Source: Bacteroidales bacterium (lineage in GTDB: Bacteria; Bacteroidota; Bacteroidia; Bacteroidales; P3). Taken from it: DNA of 24,000 bases. Shown here piece by piece: positions 1 to 10,700 of the stretch. Numbering within the stretch: the stretch's first letter is position 1; every line of letters begins with the position of its first letter. Position numbers and translations under genes: made by a program. The stretch lies in assembly GCA_041662185.1 (NCBI GenBank), contig JBAZSY010000007.1, positions 19,924 to 43,923 of the forward strand, given 5' to 3'. Below the pieces are notes generated by a model. It worked only from the letters and a program-made list of their open reading frames with translations, had not been told where the DNA came from and ran no database searches.

Positions 1-1198
1 CTTTTGTTAGAGGAGACATTTCTTTTGGATAGTCATATATAAATGTTGGTTGAATATAATTAGCTTCACATTTTGCTCCAAAAATTTCATCTATTAACTT
101 ACCCTTTCCCATTGTTGAATCAACTTCAATATTCATCTTCTTACAAGCCTCAAACATTTCTTCCTCATTCATCTTTGTTATATCATAGCCTGTATATTCC
201 AAAATAGCTTCACTCATCTTAACTCTATTGTATGGACGTTTAAAGTCTATTTCCTTATCTTCTAAAGTAACTTTTGTTGTTCTATTAATAGCTAATGCTA
301 CCCTTTCAATCATTTCTTCTGTGAAATTCATCATCCAAAAATAATCCTTATAGGCAACATACACTTCCATACAAGTAAATTCTGGATTATGAGTTCTATC
401 CATTCCTTCATTTCGGAAGTTACGAGAGAATTCATATACTCCATCAAAGCCACCTACTATAAGACGTTTTAAGAATAATTCATCTGCTACTCTAAGATAA
501 AAAGGAATATCAAGAGCGTTATGATGAGTGATAAAAGGTCTTGCAGAAGCACCACCAGGTATGTTTTGAAGAACTGGAGTTTCTACTTCTAAATATCCTT
601 GATCATTAAAGAAATTACGTATAGTATTTATAATCTTAGTTCTTTTAATAAATACATCTTTTACTTCTGGATTTACTATTAGGTCTAAATAACGTTGACG
701 ATATCTTTGTTCAGGATTAGTGAAAGCATCGTAAACAACGCCATCCTTTTCCTTTACAATTGGAAGTGGACGTATTGATTTAGAAAGAACTGTTAATTCT
801 CTAACATGAATTGATATTTCTCCCATTTGAGTTACAAAAACATATCCCTTAACACCAATAATATCTCCTATATCCAATAACTTTTTGAATATAGTATTAT
901 ACATTGTTTTATCTTCTCCAGGACATATTTCATCACGTTTTACATAGAGTTGAATCTTTCCAACACTATCTTGTATAACAGAAAATGATGCAGCACCCAT
1001 TATACGACGAGACATTATTCTACCAGCAATACTTACTTCTTGAAAAAGACTATTATCTTGAGGAAACTTTTCTAATATCTCTGTTGTTTTTGCATTTACT
1101 TCATAGAGTGGAGCAGGGTAAGGATTCACGCCTAAACTACGCATCTGTTCTGCCGCTTGACGACGTAATACTTCTTGTTCGCTAAGTTCTATACTCAT
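1..1198 (-). CDS. lysS: Lysine--tRNA ligase (class II LysRS), first ~399 codons; 3' end runs off the left window edge
   Basis: My own reverse-strand translation from the ATG (complement of 1198..1196) gives MSIELSEQEVLRRQAAEQMRSLGVNPYPAPLYEV... It continues to ...FRNEGMDRTHNPEFTCMEVYVAY... and ...PTFIYDYPKEMSPLTK, which are typical LysRS-II motifs. The frame is open to position 1. It is absent from the ORF track only because the window truncates it. Confidence 0.93.
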   Translation of the reverse strand, partial: MSIELSEQEVLRRQAAEQMRSLGVNPYPAPLYEVNAKTTEILEKFPQDNSLFQEVSIAGRIMSRRIMGAASFSVIQDSVGKIQLYVKRDEICPGEDKTMYNTIFKKLLDIGDIIGVKGYVFVTQMGEISIHVRELTVLSKSIRPLPIVKEKDGVVYDAFTNPEQRYRQRYLDLIVNPEVKDVFIKRTKIINTIRNFFNDQGYLEVETPVLQNIPGGASARPFITHHNALDIPFYLRVADELFLKRLIVGGFDGVYEFSRNFRNEGMDRTHNPEFTCMEVYVAYKDYFWMMNFTEEMIERVALAINRTTKVTLEDKEIDFKRPYNRVKMSEAILEYTGYDITKMNEEEMFEACKKMNIEVDSTMGKGKLIDEIFGAKCEANYIQPTFIYDYPKEMSPLTK

Positions 1199-1228
1199 AC
1201 TAAATCAAATTATTTAAAAATCAATTTG

Positions 1229-1236
1229 CAAAAATA
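1229..1236 (-). promoter_or_regulatory. Possible Bacteroidetes -7 box (TATTTTTG on minus strand) for lysS
   Basis: Plus-strand CAAAAATA is minus-strand TATTTTTG, matching the TAnnTTTG consensus about 30 nt upstream of the lysS ATG. No convincing -33 TTTG was found. Confidence 0.4.
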
Positions 1237-1362
1237 CACGTTTTATTGCTTTATATCTAATTTTTATTTCACTTTTTGTTCTGAATCAAAAGGGAAACAT
1301 ATATAAAAAGAAAAAGGACAACCGAAGTTATCCTTTTCAAAACAATTATAATTAACCTTTAG

Positions 1363-1434
<72 letters not shown>

Positions 1435-1450
1435 TCCTGTTTTCGTTTTG

Positions 1451-1481
1451 CAAAAGTACTACTTTTTCTTTTACTACCAAA
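1451..1481 (-). promoter_or_regulatory. Bacteroidetes-type promoter for tRNA-fMet (-7 TACTTTTG, -33 TTTG)
   Basis: The minus strand has TACTTTTG (plus 1451-1458), ending about 17 nt upstream of the tRNA 5' end. A TTTG (plus 1478-1481) lies 19 nt further upstream, matching the TTTG / TAnnTTTG consensus and spacing. Confidence 0.6.
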
Positions 1482-1605
1482 TAAAAACGAATAATAATTA
1501 AACAATTATTATTTCTCTAACCAGAAAGTAATATATAACATACTGCAATACATTGTATTGCAAACTATTTATAATCTAAAATTCTTCCTGTATTATTTAC
1601 AAATA

Positions 1606-1633
1606 AAGCTCTTTTTATTTGAAAAAAGAGCTT
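1606..1633 (-). terminator. Hairpin terminator downstream of hslR
   Basis: A perfect 11-bp inverted repeat, AAGCTCTTTTT (1606-1616) and AAAAAGAGCTT (1623-1633), has a 6-nt loop. It lies 20 nt past the hslR stop and is T-rich after the stem on the transcribed strand. Confidence 0.7.
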
Positions 1634-1652
1634 ATATATTTATTTGATGGTC

Positions 1653-2021
1653 TTATTCTTTAAACGATTCTATATTACGTCGTTCTTTCTTTGTCGGTCT
1701 TCCTGCTCCATGTTCTCGTTTTTCAAAGGCAAATTTTCTTGCAAATTCTATTCTGTCATACTCTTCTTTTGGAGTTATGTCTGTCATAAAATTTTCTACT
1801 AACTTAGCAGATATACGATTATTTAGCAACTCTTTTACTTCAATTATCTTGTGTAATTGGTCTATATTTATTTCATATTTATCACCAATTTTTACTTCTC
1901 TTGAAGCTTTTGCTGCAATTCCGCTACAGATTACTTTTCCTAAACGACAAGCATCTGTTGCCAAGGCTCGTGTTTTATAGAGTCTAACTGCCCAAAGCCA
2001 TTTGTCTAATCTTACTTCCAT
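1653..2021 (-). CDS. hslR: S4-domain RNA-binding protein, heat shock protein 15 (HslR)-like
   Basis: The 122-aa ORF begins with RLDKWLWAVRLYKTRALATDACRLGKV...KIGD, a typical Hsp15/S4 motif. It lies 15 nt downstream of der on the same strand. Confidence 0.8.
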   Translation of the reverse strand: MEVRLDKWLWAVRLYKTRALATDACRLGKVICSGIAAKASREVKIGDKYEINIDQLHKIIEVKELLNNRISAKLVENFMTDITPKEEYDRIEFARKFAFEKREHGAGRPTKKERRNIESFKE

Positions 2022-2036
2022 TAAAGATTACTCCTA

Positions 2037-3347
2037 TTATTTTGCTCTAAAATAAATTATTATTGGTACACCATTGAAGTCATACATTTCTCGCATTCTG
2101 TTCTCAATATAACGTTTATATGGATCACGTATGTATTGAGGTAAATTACAATAGAACACAAATTGTGGAAATGGTGTTTTTAATTGCATAACATACTTAA
2201 CCTTTATATATTTTCCTTTATATGCTGGTGGTGGGTTTTGGTCTTTTACTATTGGCAAAACATCTTCATTTAATTTTGAAGTTGGTATTCTTTGTGAACG
2301 ATTTTCATAAACCTTCTTAGCCGTTTCAAGAACTTTGAAAATTCTTTGTTTATTAATTACAGATGTAAATATAATTGGCACATCACTAAAAGGAGATATT
2401 TTTTCTCTTATTCTTTCTTCAAATTCTTTTGATGTGTTGGTTTCTTTTTCTAATAAATCCCATTTATTTACCACAATTACAACACCCTTATTGTTCCTTT
2501 GTATTAAACTAAATAGATTTAAATCCTGAGATTCTAATCCTTCTGAAGCATCAAGCATAAGAATACATACATCAGCTCCTTCTATTGAACGGATTGAACG
2601 CATAACAGAATAAAATTCAATATCTTCATTTACCTTACTCTTTTTCCTTATTCCTGCTGTATCTATAATCATAAAATCGAAACCGAACATATTATAGCGT
2701 GTATTTACTGAATCTCGGGTTGTACCTGAAACATCAGTAACTATATTTCTATCAGTTCCAATAAGTGCATTAATCATAGAACTTTTACCAACATTTGGTC
2801 TTCCTACAACAGCAATCCTTGGCAAGCCAACTTCAAAATCTTCTTCATCTTCTAGCTCAAAATCTCTTACTAATTCATCTAACAAATCTCCTGTTCCACA
2901 ACCATTAATTGATGAAATACTATATATTTCACCAAGTCCTAAGGCATAAAACTCCATGTGATCATTAGCTCTTTGTGTATTATCTGCTTTGTTTGCAACC
3001 AAAATAACTTTCTTATCTGTTCTACGAAGCATATCTGCAACATCTTCGTCCATTGAAGTTAAGCCGTCCTTCACATCAACCATAAACATTATTACATCAG
3101 CCTCTTCTATGGCTAAGGTTACTTGCTTACGGATTTCTCCCTCAAATTCATCTTCACTGCCATTAATATAACCGCCTGTATCAATTAAAGAAAACTCTTT
3201 ACCATTCCAATTACTCTTTCCATAATGCCTATCTCTAGTCACACCAGCAGTTTCATGAATTATGGCATCCCTTGTTTCTGTCAAACGATTAAACAGGGTT
3301 GATTTACCTACGTTTGGTCTCCCTACTATGGCTACAATTTTTCCCAT
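2037..3347 (-). CDS. der: Ribosome-biogenesis GTPase Der (EngA), double G-domain plus KH-like C-terminus
   Basis: The 436-aa ORF has two P-loops ([12 protein letters not shown] and [12 protein letters not shown]) with DTGG/DTAG and NKAD/NKWD boxes. This is the canonical Der architecture. Confidence 0.95.
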   Translation of the reverse strand: MGKIVAIVGRPNVGKSTLFNRLTETRDAIIHETAGVTRDRHYGKSNWNGKEFSLIDTGGYINGSEDEFEGEIRKQVTLAIEEADVIMFMVDVKDGLTSMDEDVADMLRRTDKKVILVANKADNTQRANDHMEFYALGLGEIYSISSINGCGTGDLLDELVRDFELEDEEDFEVGLPRIAVVGRPNVGKSSMINALIGTDRNIVTDVSGTTRDSVNTRYNMFGFDFMIIDTAGIRKKSKVNEDIEFYSVMRSIRSIEGADVCILMLDASEGLESQDLNLFSLIQRNNKGVVIVVNKWDLLEKETNTSKEFEERIREKISPFSDVPIIFTSVINKQRIFKVLETAKKVYENRSQRIPTSKLNEDVLPIVKDQNPPPAYKGKYIKVKYVMQLKTPFPQFVFYCNLPQYIRDPYKRYIENRMREMYDFNGVPIIIYFRAK

Positions 3348-3374
3348 ACTATTTTATTTATTATTTTGTTTATT

Positions 3375-4436
3375 CTATTTTCTTATTATTCCTAAGTCGT
3401 ATAATATTCTTTTCCAACGACGATATATTGATTTATTACCTCCCGAACGACTAATACGCATTGGCATTTCGCTTTCATCAATGTCTTTATTTATTTCCCT
3501 TTTGTATCCTTCAGTTATGGCATAGGCTATACTTGCATTTAACTCAAATCCTATTATTAATATATATGAAACCATATAAACCCACAAAAGAGAAATTATT
3601 AATGCTCCAATAGAGCCATAAAGTGCATTATAGTGTGAGAAATGAGTTATATAAAAGTTAAATCCAGATATTGATAGTATAAAAAGAGTTGTTGCTAATG
3701 TTGCTCCAGCAGAAAAGAATTTGAAGTTTGATTTATCTTTTGGACTATAATAGTAAATAACTACAAACATCATATAAACCAAAGAAATTAACAATATCCA
3801 TTTTGCAGTTTTTAATAAAAAAAGCATAAACCCTTTTTCTATTATCCCATTTGAAAGCAGAAAATTAAAAAATGACTTTGAGCCTACAATTAACGAAAAA
3901 GAACAAAGAACAACAAATCCAATAGCAAAAACCATTACTATGCTTATAGCCCTACGTTTTAACCATTTTCTTCTTTCAGGATTATACTTTGAATTATTAA
4001 ATGAAATTATCATTGCATTTATACCATTTGAAGCAACATAAATTGATGAGAGAAACCCTATAGACATAAGTCCTCCATGTTTTTGTAAAAATATTTCATT
4101 AATAGTTTCTGTTACTTTTTGAGAAACCGCCTCAGGAAGAAACTCTTTCATAAATACAGATACTTGTATATAAAGAGAATCAATAGGAATATAAGGCAGA
4201 AGGGTAAAGAAAAATAGTAGTAGTGGAAATATAGCTAATACAAAATGAAAAGCTAATGCGGCAACTCTTTGGTTGAGAGAATTCTTTATTAACCCATTAA
4301 TAAAAAATCTTACAACATCAAAAATAGGCACACCTTGGAAACCAGGTAGGACAACAAGTCTTGAAACATGCAATACATTCCTTACTGGTCGCCAATACAA
4401 GAGTTTTCTTAAATATTTTTCGTTTCTCTTTCCCAT
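3375..4436 (-). CDS. YihY/BrkB family inner-membrane protein
   Basis: The 353-aa polytopic membrane ORF has a YihY-like N-terminus (...NDRVAALAFHFVLAIFPLLLF-type segment) and about 6 hydrophobic helices. The call comes from recalled family resemblance, not a search. Confidence 0.75.
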   Translation of the reverse strand: MGKRNEKYLRKLLYWRPVRNVLHVSRLVVLPGFQGVPIFDVVRFFINGLIKNSLNQRVAALAFHFVLAIFPLLLFFFTLLPYIPIDSLYIQVSVFMKEFLPEAVSQKVTETINEIFLQKHGGLMSIGFLSSIYVASNGINAMIISFNNSKYNPERRKWLKRRAISIVMVFAIGFVVLCSFSLIVGSKSFFNFLLSNGIIEKGFMLFLLKTAKWILLISLVYMMFVVIYYYSPKDKSNFKFFSAGATLATTLFILSISGFNFYITHFSHYNALYGSIGALIISLLWVYMVSYILIIGFELNASIAYAITEGYKREINKDIDESEMPMRISRSGGNKSIYRRWKRILYDLGIIRK

Positions 4437-4484
4437 TAATACTTAATTTATCTATAGTGAAGAGGCAAAACCTCATCCACTACA

Positions 4485-5342
4485 TTACCTATCAGCAACC
4501 AAACTTAAATCCAATGATTTTATTTGATGAGTTAGACTTCCAACTGAAATATAATCAACTCCGCTCCTTGCATAACTTAATATTGTTTCTTTAGTTATTC
4601 CTCCTGAGCTTTCTGTTTCGTAGCTTTTACCTATTCTATCAACGGCTTTAGTTAATAGCTCTGGCGTAAAATTATCTAACATTATTCTATCAACTCCACC
4701 TATTTCCATAACCTGCTCCAATTCTTCCATTGAACGAACCTCTATCTCTATCTTTAAATCCTTTCCTATTCTTTTCAAATATTCTTTTGTCTTAGTTATG
4801 GCTTCTTTTATTCCACCTGCAAAATCAATATGATTATCCTTTAACATTATCATATCGTAAAGTCCAATCCTATGATTGTATCCTCCACCAACTTTAACGG
4901 CATATTTTTCAAACAAACGCATTGAAGGAGTTGTCTTACGAGTATCAAGAAGTTTCGTTTTAGTTCCTTTTATTATATCAACATATTTATTTGTTGCAGT
5001 TGCAATTCCTGAAAGGCGTTGCATATAGTTTAGAGCCGTTCTTTCTGCAGTAAGAATACCTATTGCAGGACCTTCTACCTTAAAAACAATATCTCCTTTT
5101 TTTATTTTATCTCCATCTTTAAGAAAAGGAGTAAAAATAATTTTATCATCAACTAATGAATAAACCTTTCTCGCTATTTCAATTCCACAAATTATCCCAT
5201 CTTGTTTTACAACAAGCTTGGCTTTATCAGTTGCATTTTTTGAAATACAAGCCATTGAAGAATGATCTCCATCTCTTACATCTTCCTCTAATGCCAAAGT
5301 AATATGTTGTACTAAATATTCTTCAGGAATCAAATTATACAT
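4485..5342 (-). CDS. nadC: Nicotinate-nucleotide pyrophosphorylase (carboxylating), quinolinate phosphoribosyltransferase
   Basis: The 285-aa ORF contains ...ERTALNYMQRLSGIAT..., DTRKTTP, LKDNHI and LDNF..., all typical NadC motifs. Confidence 0.92.
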   Translation of the reverse strand: MYNLIPEEYLVQHITLALEEDVRDGDHSSMACISKNATDKAKLVVKQDGIICGIEIARKVYSLVDDKIIFTPFLKDGDKIKKGDIVFKVEGPAIGILTAERTALNYMQRLSGIATATNKYVDIIKGTKTKLLDTRKTTPSMRLFEKYAVKVGGGYNHRIGLYDMIMLKDNHIDFAGGIKEAITKTKEYLKRIGKDLKIEIEVRSMEELEQVMEIGGVDRIMLDNFTPELLTKAVDRIGKSYETESSGGITKETILSYARSGVDYISVGSLTHQIKSLDLSLVADR

Positions 5343-5398
5343 AAATATATTGATAATTTATTATTGATTTTGTTCTTATAATTCTATTAATTTCTGTA

Positions 5399-5406
5399 CA
5401 AAGGTA
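5399..5406 (-). promoter_or_regulatory. Possible -7 box (TACCTTTG on minus strand) for the nadC-yihY-der-hslR run
   Basis: Plus-strand CAAAGGTA is minus-strand TACCTTTG, which fits TAnnTTTG. It lies about 57 nt upstream of the nadC ATG. Confidence 0.4.
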
Positions 5407-5481
5407 CAAAAATTAGTCAAATAGCTTTCCTTCGTCCTTATTTTCTTTATAAAAAAACAGCCATTTAAAGAAACAAATAAT

Positions 5482-5489
5482 TAACTTTG
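5482..5489 (+). promoter_or_regulatory. Possible -7 box (TAACTTTG) for cinA
   Basis: TAACTTTG fits TAnnTTTG and lies about 82 nt upstream of the cinA ATG, in the divergent nadC/cinA intergenic region. Confidence 0.45.
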
Positions 5490-5570
5490 CCGAGCTGTTT
5501 TTAACCCACTTAAGGTTAAAGATGATATTTTTTCTTCAAATTATTAATTGCATTTAGTCTAAACAAAAAA

Positions 5571-6809
5571 ATGAATATAGAAATAATAAGTATAGGGGAT
5601 GAACTACTAATTGGACAAGTTGTAAATACAAATGCTTCTTTTATGGCTCAAGAGTTAAATAAAGTAGGTTTGAATGTCAATAGAATTACTACAATTGCTG
5701 ATGATGCTCAAGAAATTGAATCATCTGTTCTTGTGGCTTTAAACAATTCTGATTGCGTTTTAATCACAGGCGGGTTAGGACCAACAAAAGATGATATAAC
5801 TAAGTATACTTTGGCAAAACTCTTCGATAGCAATATGATAGAAAACAAAGATGTTTTGGAGAACATAAGGAATATATTTAATCATAGAAATTATATACTT
5901 ACGCCAACAAATCGTCTTCAAGCTCAAGTCCCTGAAAAATGTAAAGTTATTGAAAACTTAGTTGGAACAGCTCCTGGAATGTGCTTTGAAAAAGATAATA
6001 AATTAGTAGTGTCTATGCCTGGTGTTCCTTTTGAGATGAAGGAAATGATGACTAAACACGTCATACCTATCTTGCTTTCTCATTATAAACCTTCAGCAAT
6101 ATTTCATAAAACAATAATTACTCAAGGCGTAGGCGAGAGCTTTCTTTCTGATATGATTGAAGAATTTGAGGTAGCTCTTCCTAAATATATTAAGCTTGCA
6201 TATCTCCCTGCTCCAAATATGCTAAGGTTGCGTTTATCGGCAAGAGGAGAAGACCAAAAGGCAATAAAACAAGAATTAGACAATCAAGTTAATAAATTAA
6301 TGCCTTTAATTGAAGACTACTTTATTGGCTTTGATGAAGGAGATTTAAGTCTTCTTCTTGCAAAACTATTATTAGAAAAAGGGAAAACTCTTGCAACAGC
6401 AGAAAGTTGTACAGGAGGAAATATTGCACACTGCATTACAATTAATGCAGGTTCTTCAAATTATTTTAAAGGCTCCGTTGTTGCTTATTTAAATGAAACA
6501 AAGATAAATGTTTTGGGAGTTGATGAAGAAGCTATAAAAACAAATGGTGCTGTTAGTGAACAAGTAGCAAAACAAATGGCTATTGGAGCTTTAAAGAAAA
6601 TGAAAACAGACTACGCTATTGCGACAACAGGAATAGCAGGACCAACTGGAGGAAGTGAAGAGAAACCAATAGGCACAGTTTGGATTGCTATTGCAAACAA
6701 TAAAGGAGAATGTATTGCATCAAAACATAATTTCTTTTCAAGCAGAGAAAACTTTATCAATAGAACAACAAATGAATGTTTTGCAATGTTAATAAGACTT
6801 ATAAAATAA
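5571..6809 (+). CDS. cinA: CinA family protein: N-terminal MoCF-like domain plus C-terminal nicotinamide-nucleotide amidohydrolase (PncC)
   Basis: The 412-aa ORF starts EIISIGDELLIGQVVNTNA...ITGGLGPTKDDIT. Its C-terminal part has ...ATAESCTGG...AIATTGIAGPTGG..KPIGTV, the classic CinA/PncC pattern. Confidence 0.9.
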   Translation: MNIEIISIGDELLIGQVVNTNASFMAQELNKVGLNVNRITTIADDAQEIESSVLVALNNSDCVLITGGLGPTKDDITKYTLAKLFDSNMIENKDVLENIRNIFNHRNYILTPTNRLQAQVPEKCKVIENLVGTAPGMCFEKDNKLVVSMPGVPFEMKEMMTKHVIPILLSHYKPSAIFHKTIITQGVGESFLSDMIEEFEVALPKYIKLAYLPAPNMLRLRLSARGEDQKAIKQELDNQVNKLMPLIEDYFIGFDEGDLSLLLAKLLLEKGKTLATAESCTGGNIAHCITINAGSSNYFKGSVVAYLNETKINVLGVDEEAIKTNGAVSEQVAKQMAIGALKKMKTDYAIATTGIAGPTGGSEEKPIGTVWIAIANNKGECIASKHNFFSSRENFINRTTNECFAMLIRLIK

Positions 6810-6817
6810 TACCGTAA

Positions 6818-6838
6818 GGGAAGGTTCAAAACCTGCCC
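6818..6838 (+). terminator. Weak hairpin after cinA
   Basis: GGGAAGGTT CAA AACCTGCCC forms a 3+5 bp stem with one mismatch, 9 nt after the cinA stop. No T-tract follows. Confidence 0.3.
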
Positions 6839-6855
6839 CAATAAATAAAAATATT

Positions 6856-7731
6856 ATGAATACAAAATTAGCAGCGTCAGAATTAGTATTAGCACCAGAC
6901 GGAAGTCTTTATCATATACATTTAAAACCTCATCAATTAGCTGATAATATAATTTTAGTTGGAGACCCAAACCGTGTTGATATGGTTTCAAAACACTTCG
7001 ATGAAATTGATTATAAAGTAAGCAATAGAGAAATAAATACTCATACTGGAACATATAATGGGGTTGGAATAACTGTAATATCAACAGGAATGGGAACAGA
7101 TAATATAGATATTGTTCTTACTGAACTTGATGCTTGTGCAAATATAAACTTAGAGACAAGAGAAATAAATCCTAAACATAGAAGACTAAATCTTATTCGC
7201 TTAGGAACTTCCGGTTCTTTGCAAGAAGATATTCCTTGTGGAGCTTTTCTTGCTTCTAAATACGTTATTGGAATTGATGGCTTGATGTACTTCTATCAAA
7301 ACAATGAAAATGTTTTAGAAAAAGGACTTGCTGATAATTTTGTTTCCTTTATGCAATGGAATGAATGTTTGCCTAAACCTTATGGAGTTAAAGTATCTGA
7401 TAGTCTTTTCTCAAAAATTGCTTATGATATGACATCTGGAATTACAGTAACTGCTCCTGGGTTTTACGGACCTCAAGGAAGAAACATTCGTCTTCCTCTT
7501 GCTTTTCCTGATATAAATGACAAGATTTCTAACTTTCAATACAAAGATAACAAGATAACAAACTATGAGATGGAAACATCTGCACTGTATGCTTTAAGTA
7601 AAAATCTGGGGCATGAGTACCTTACTGTATGTGCAATAATAGCTAACAGAAAGAGAGGTGAGTTCTTAGATAATTATCATAATGAAATGGAAGAACTAAT
7701 AACATTAGTATTGAAAAGAATATGTAGTTAA
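6856..7731 (+). CDS. Nucleoside phosphorylase, PNP/UDP family (uridine/purine nucleoside phosphorylase-like)
   Basis: The 291-aa ORF has ...ILVGDPNRV...ISTGMGTDNIDIVLTEL...RLGTSGSL...EMETSALY..., the typical PNP_UDP_1 motif order. Confidence 0.75.
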   Translation: MNTKLAASELVLAPDGSLYHIHLKPHQLADNIILVGDPNRVDMVSKHFDEIDYKVSNREINTHTGTYNGVGITVISTGMGTDNIDIVLTELDACANINLETREINPKHRRLNLIRLGTSGSLQEDIPCGAFLASKYVIGIDGLMYFYQNNENVLEKGLADNFVSFMQWNECLPKPYGVKVSDSLFSKIAYDMTSGITVTAPGFYGPQGRNIRLPLAFPDINDKISNFQYKDNKITNYEMETSALYALSKNLGHEYLTVCAIIANRKRGEFLDNYHNEMEELITLVLKRICS

Positions 7732-7743
7732 TAATTATTTAAT

Positions 7744-7751
7744 TATCTTTG
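7744..7751 (+). promoter_or_regulatory. Possible -7 box (TATCTTTG) for the large oxidoreductase gene
   Basis: TATCTTTG fits TAnnTTTG and lies 49 nt upstream of ATG 7800. It overlaps the TTG at 7749 used by the ORF track, which argues for the ATG start. Confidence 0.45.
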
Positions 7752-7799
7752 TGCTCGTTTTTCAAAATAACATTTATAATTAACCAAATATATTTAATC

Positions 7800-10700
7800 A
7801 TGTTTAAGATTAACTCACACCCTATCCTCGATATACCTAAGGATAATGAAACATCATTTAAGTTTAATGGCATAGAAATAAAAGGACAAATAGGCTTTAC
7901 TATTGCTGCTGCCCTTCACCAAGCTGGATTCCCTGTTCACTCTCATTCTATCAACGACCGCAAACGTTCTTTAGAATGTGGTATTGGTAAATGTGGAGCA
8001 TGTGAAATGTTAGTTGACGGTTGCGTAAAGAGAATTTGCGTTACTAAAGTTGATGGAGTGAAAGAAGTAAGTGAAATACCTAAAGACTTCTTAGCTGAAA
8101 AATGTTCTATTTCTCAAAAAGAAACTAAAATTTATAAAACTCAAGTATTAATAGTTGGAGCTGGTCCTGCGGGTTTAGCTGTAAGAGAAGAGTTAAATAA
8201 GCTTGGCATTAAGAATATTGTTGTTGATGCTAATGATAAAATAGGTGGACAATTCCTTATGCAAACTCACCAATTCTTTTTCTTTGAACAAGAAAAGAAG
8301 TTTGGAGGAATGAGAGGCTTTGATATAGCAACAACATTAGCCGGTGAATCTAATGAAGGCATTTTCCTTGACTGTTCTGTTTGGGATATATTGAAAGGTA
8401 ATAGAGTTGGGATAAAGAATACTCTTAATGGTGAAATATTTTATATTGACACAGAGCATTTAGTTGTTGCAACTGGTGCTGTTCCTTTTATGCCTGTATT
8501 TAAAAACGATGACCTTCCTGGAGTTTATTCAGCTGCTGTTGTTCAAAAGATGATGAATTCAGAGCTAACTCTTTTAGGTAAAAACATATTAACTGTTGGT
8601 GCTGGCAATATTGGTTACTTAACTTCTTATCAAGCTATTCAAGCTGGAGCAAAGGTTGTAGCAATATTAGAAGCTATGCCAAATGAAGGAGGTTTCCCTG
8701 TTCAAGCAAATAGAGTAAGGCGTTTAGGCATTCCAATTCTTACTTCTACTATTCTTTTAGAAGCAATACCAAATGAAGATGGAACAGGAATTAAAGGGGC
8801 TGTTATTGCAGACTGCAAGAACTTTGAACCAATTCCTGGAACCGAAAGAGTGGTTGAAGGAATTGATGTAATTAATGTTTGTACTGGTTTAATTCCCGAC
8901 AATCAACTCTTAACTAAAGGCAATGTTCTATTTGGAAAGAATTGTCATGGAGTTGGAGATTCTGTAAGGATTGGAGAAGGAACATCTGCTGTGCTTAGAG
9001 GAAAACAATGTGCTTATGAAATAGCTCAAATGCTTAACGTAAGATATAATTACGATGATTATTTAGATACAAGCAAGAGTTATATTGAATCCCAACAACA
9101 CCCTATTAGGATAATAGAAAAAGCTTATAGCCCTAATCAAGAAAGAATGGATAAGCGTAGTTTTGTACGTTTGGAATGTTTGTATGGCTTTGCTTGTAAT
9201 CCTTGTCAATTTGCTTGTAAGTATGGAGCAATAACAAAAAGCTCAACATCCGTTGTTCCTGAAATAGATTACAATAAATGTATAGGCTGTATGGAATGCG
9301 TTAATCAATGTCCTGGCTTAGCTATTTTTGGATACAACACTAAAAAGAAACAAGTTTATCTTCCATTTGAATATGAAGTAGAAGAAGGAATTGATGTATT
9401 CTTAGTTGATAATAATGGAAAGAAATTAGCTACTGGAAGAATTGAAAAGATAAAGAAAAACGAAAACAAGACTTCTGTTGCAAGAATTAATGTAAGTGAT
9501 ATTGAAGAAAAAGACTTATTAAATATCAAAGGGTTTATAGTTCCTGATAAATTCCCAGAAGCATTAGAGTTTTCTCTTTTAGAAGAAATAGATGAAAAGA
9601 CTTTTGTTTGCCATTGTGAAGATGTGTCATTAGAAAGATTATTAGAACAAATTGGAGATAGAAAGATCATATCTGTTGATGAATTAAAGCATACAACAAG
9701 AATGGGAATGGGAGATTGTAGAGGCAAACGTTGTATTCCAAGAGCAAAACAAGTTCTTCGCTCTTATGGAATAGAAGTAACTGATGACGCAACCCCAAGA
9801 GCCCCTCTTTCAAATCAATTATCACTTGGAGAGTTAAGAAACTATGAAAAGAAAGATATATTTATTGCATATAATACAAAGAAGGTTGAGGTAAAGAGTT
9901 TAATTGCAGGAGGAGGTATTGCAGGAAGTTCATTATTTAGATATATGTCAGAAGCTGGTTTAGAGCCTATTCTAATAAACTATGATAGAGGAGCTTCTTG
10001 GCGTAATATAGCAGGAGGTCGTCCTGCCTTTTCAAATCCAGAACTTGCCGACATAGCAAAGCATAACCATGAATTGTTTGTTGAACTTAACAAACAATCA
10101 AATATAGATTACTATCCAACAAGATATGTAAACCTTGCTCATGATGAAACATCTTATAAAGGATTGGAAGCAGCAATGAAATGGTCAGATGCTTATATGG
10201 TTTCTCCGAAAGACTTCCAAAAAGAAATATCACCTTACTTCAATAAAGATAATACCGACTATATAGCAGCCCAAATAACAAATCAATGCTGGCAAGCTAC
10301 TCCTGGAAAGACAATTGATTTATTAAGATTGATTGGAAAAGAAAACAAAGGTCAAGTTATTGAAGGAGCAAAACTAATAGAACTAACAAAAGAAGGAAAG
10401 AAATTCCATGCCCTTGTTAAAAGAGGAAACGAATATACAGAATATATAACAGATATATTTGTTAATGCCTTAGGCTACGGAGCAGAAAAGTTTGCAAAAC
10501 AAATAGAAATAGAAACAGGTCTTTATCCAGTAAAACACCAAGCATTTATAACAAAACGCTTGCCGATGTTAGGAAAAGAAGGTAATATATTAGATATGGT
10601 AATAGACCGTCGTCAATATAAAGGCTTCTCTTCAATCTATGGACAACAGCTACATGAAACAGGACAAATAATAGGTTGCGCTTCCCCAATGTTTGACTCT

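Noticed and set aside
7749-7799. A TTG-initiated 17-codon N-terminal extension (MCSFFKITFIINQIYLI) of the large oxidoreductase, as given in the ORF track
   Set aside because: A consensus -7 box (TATCTTTG, 7744-7751) overlaps the TTG. The extension is low-complexity AT-rich sequence, and an in-frame ATG at 7800 begins a sensible N-terminus. I call the start at 7800.
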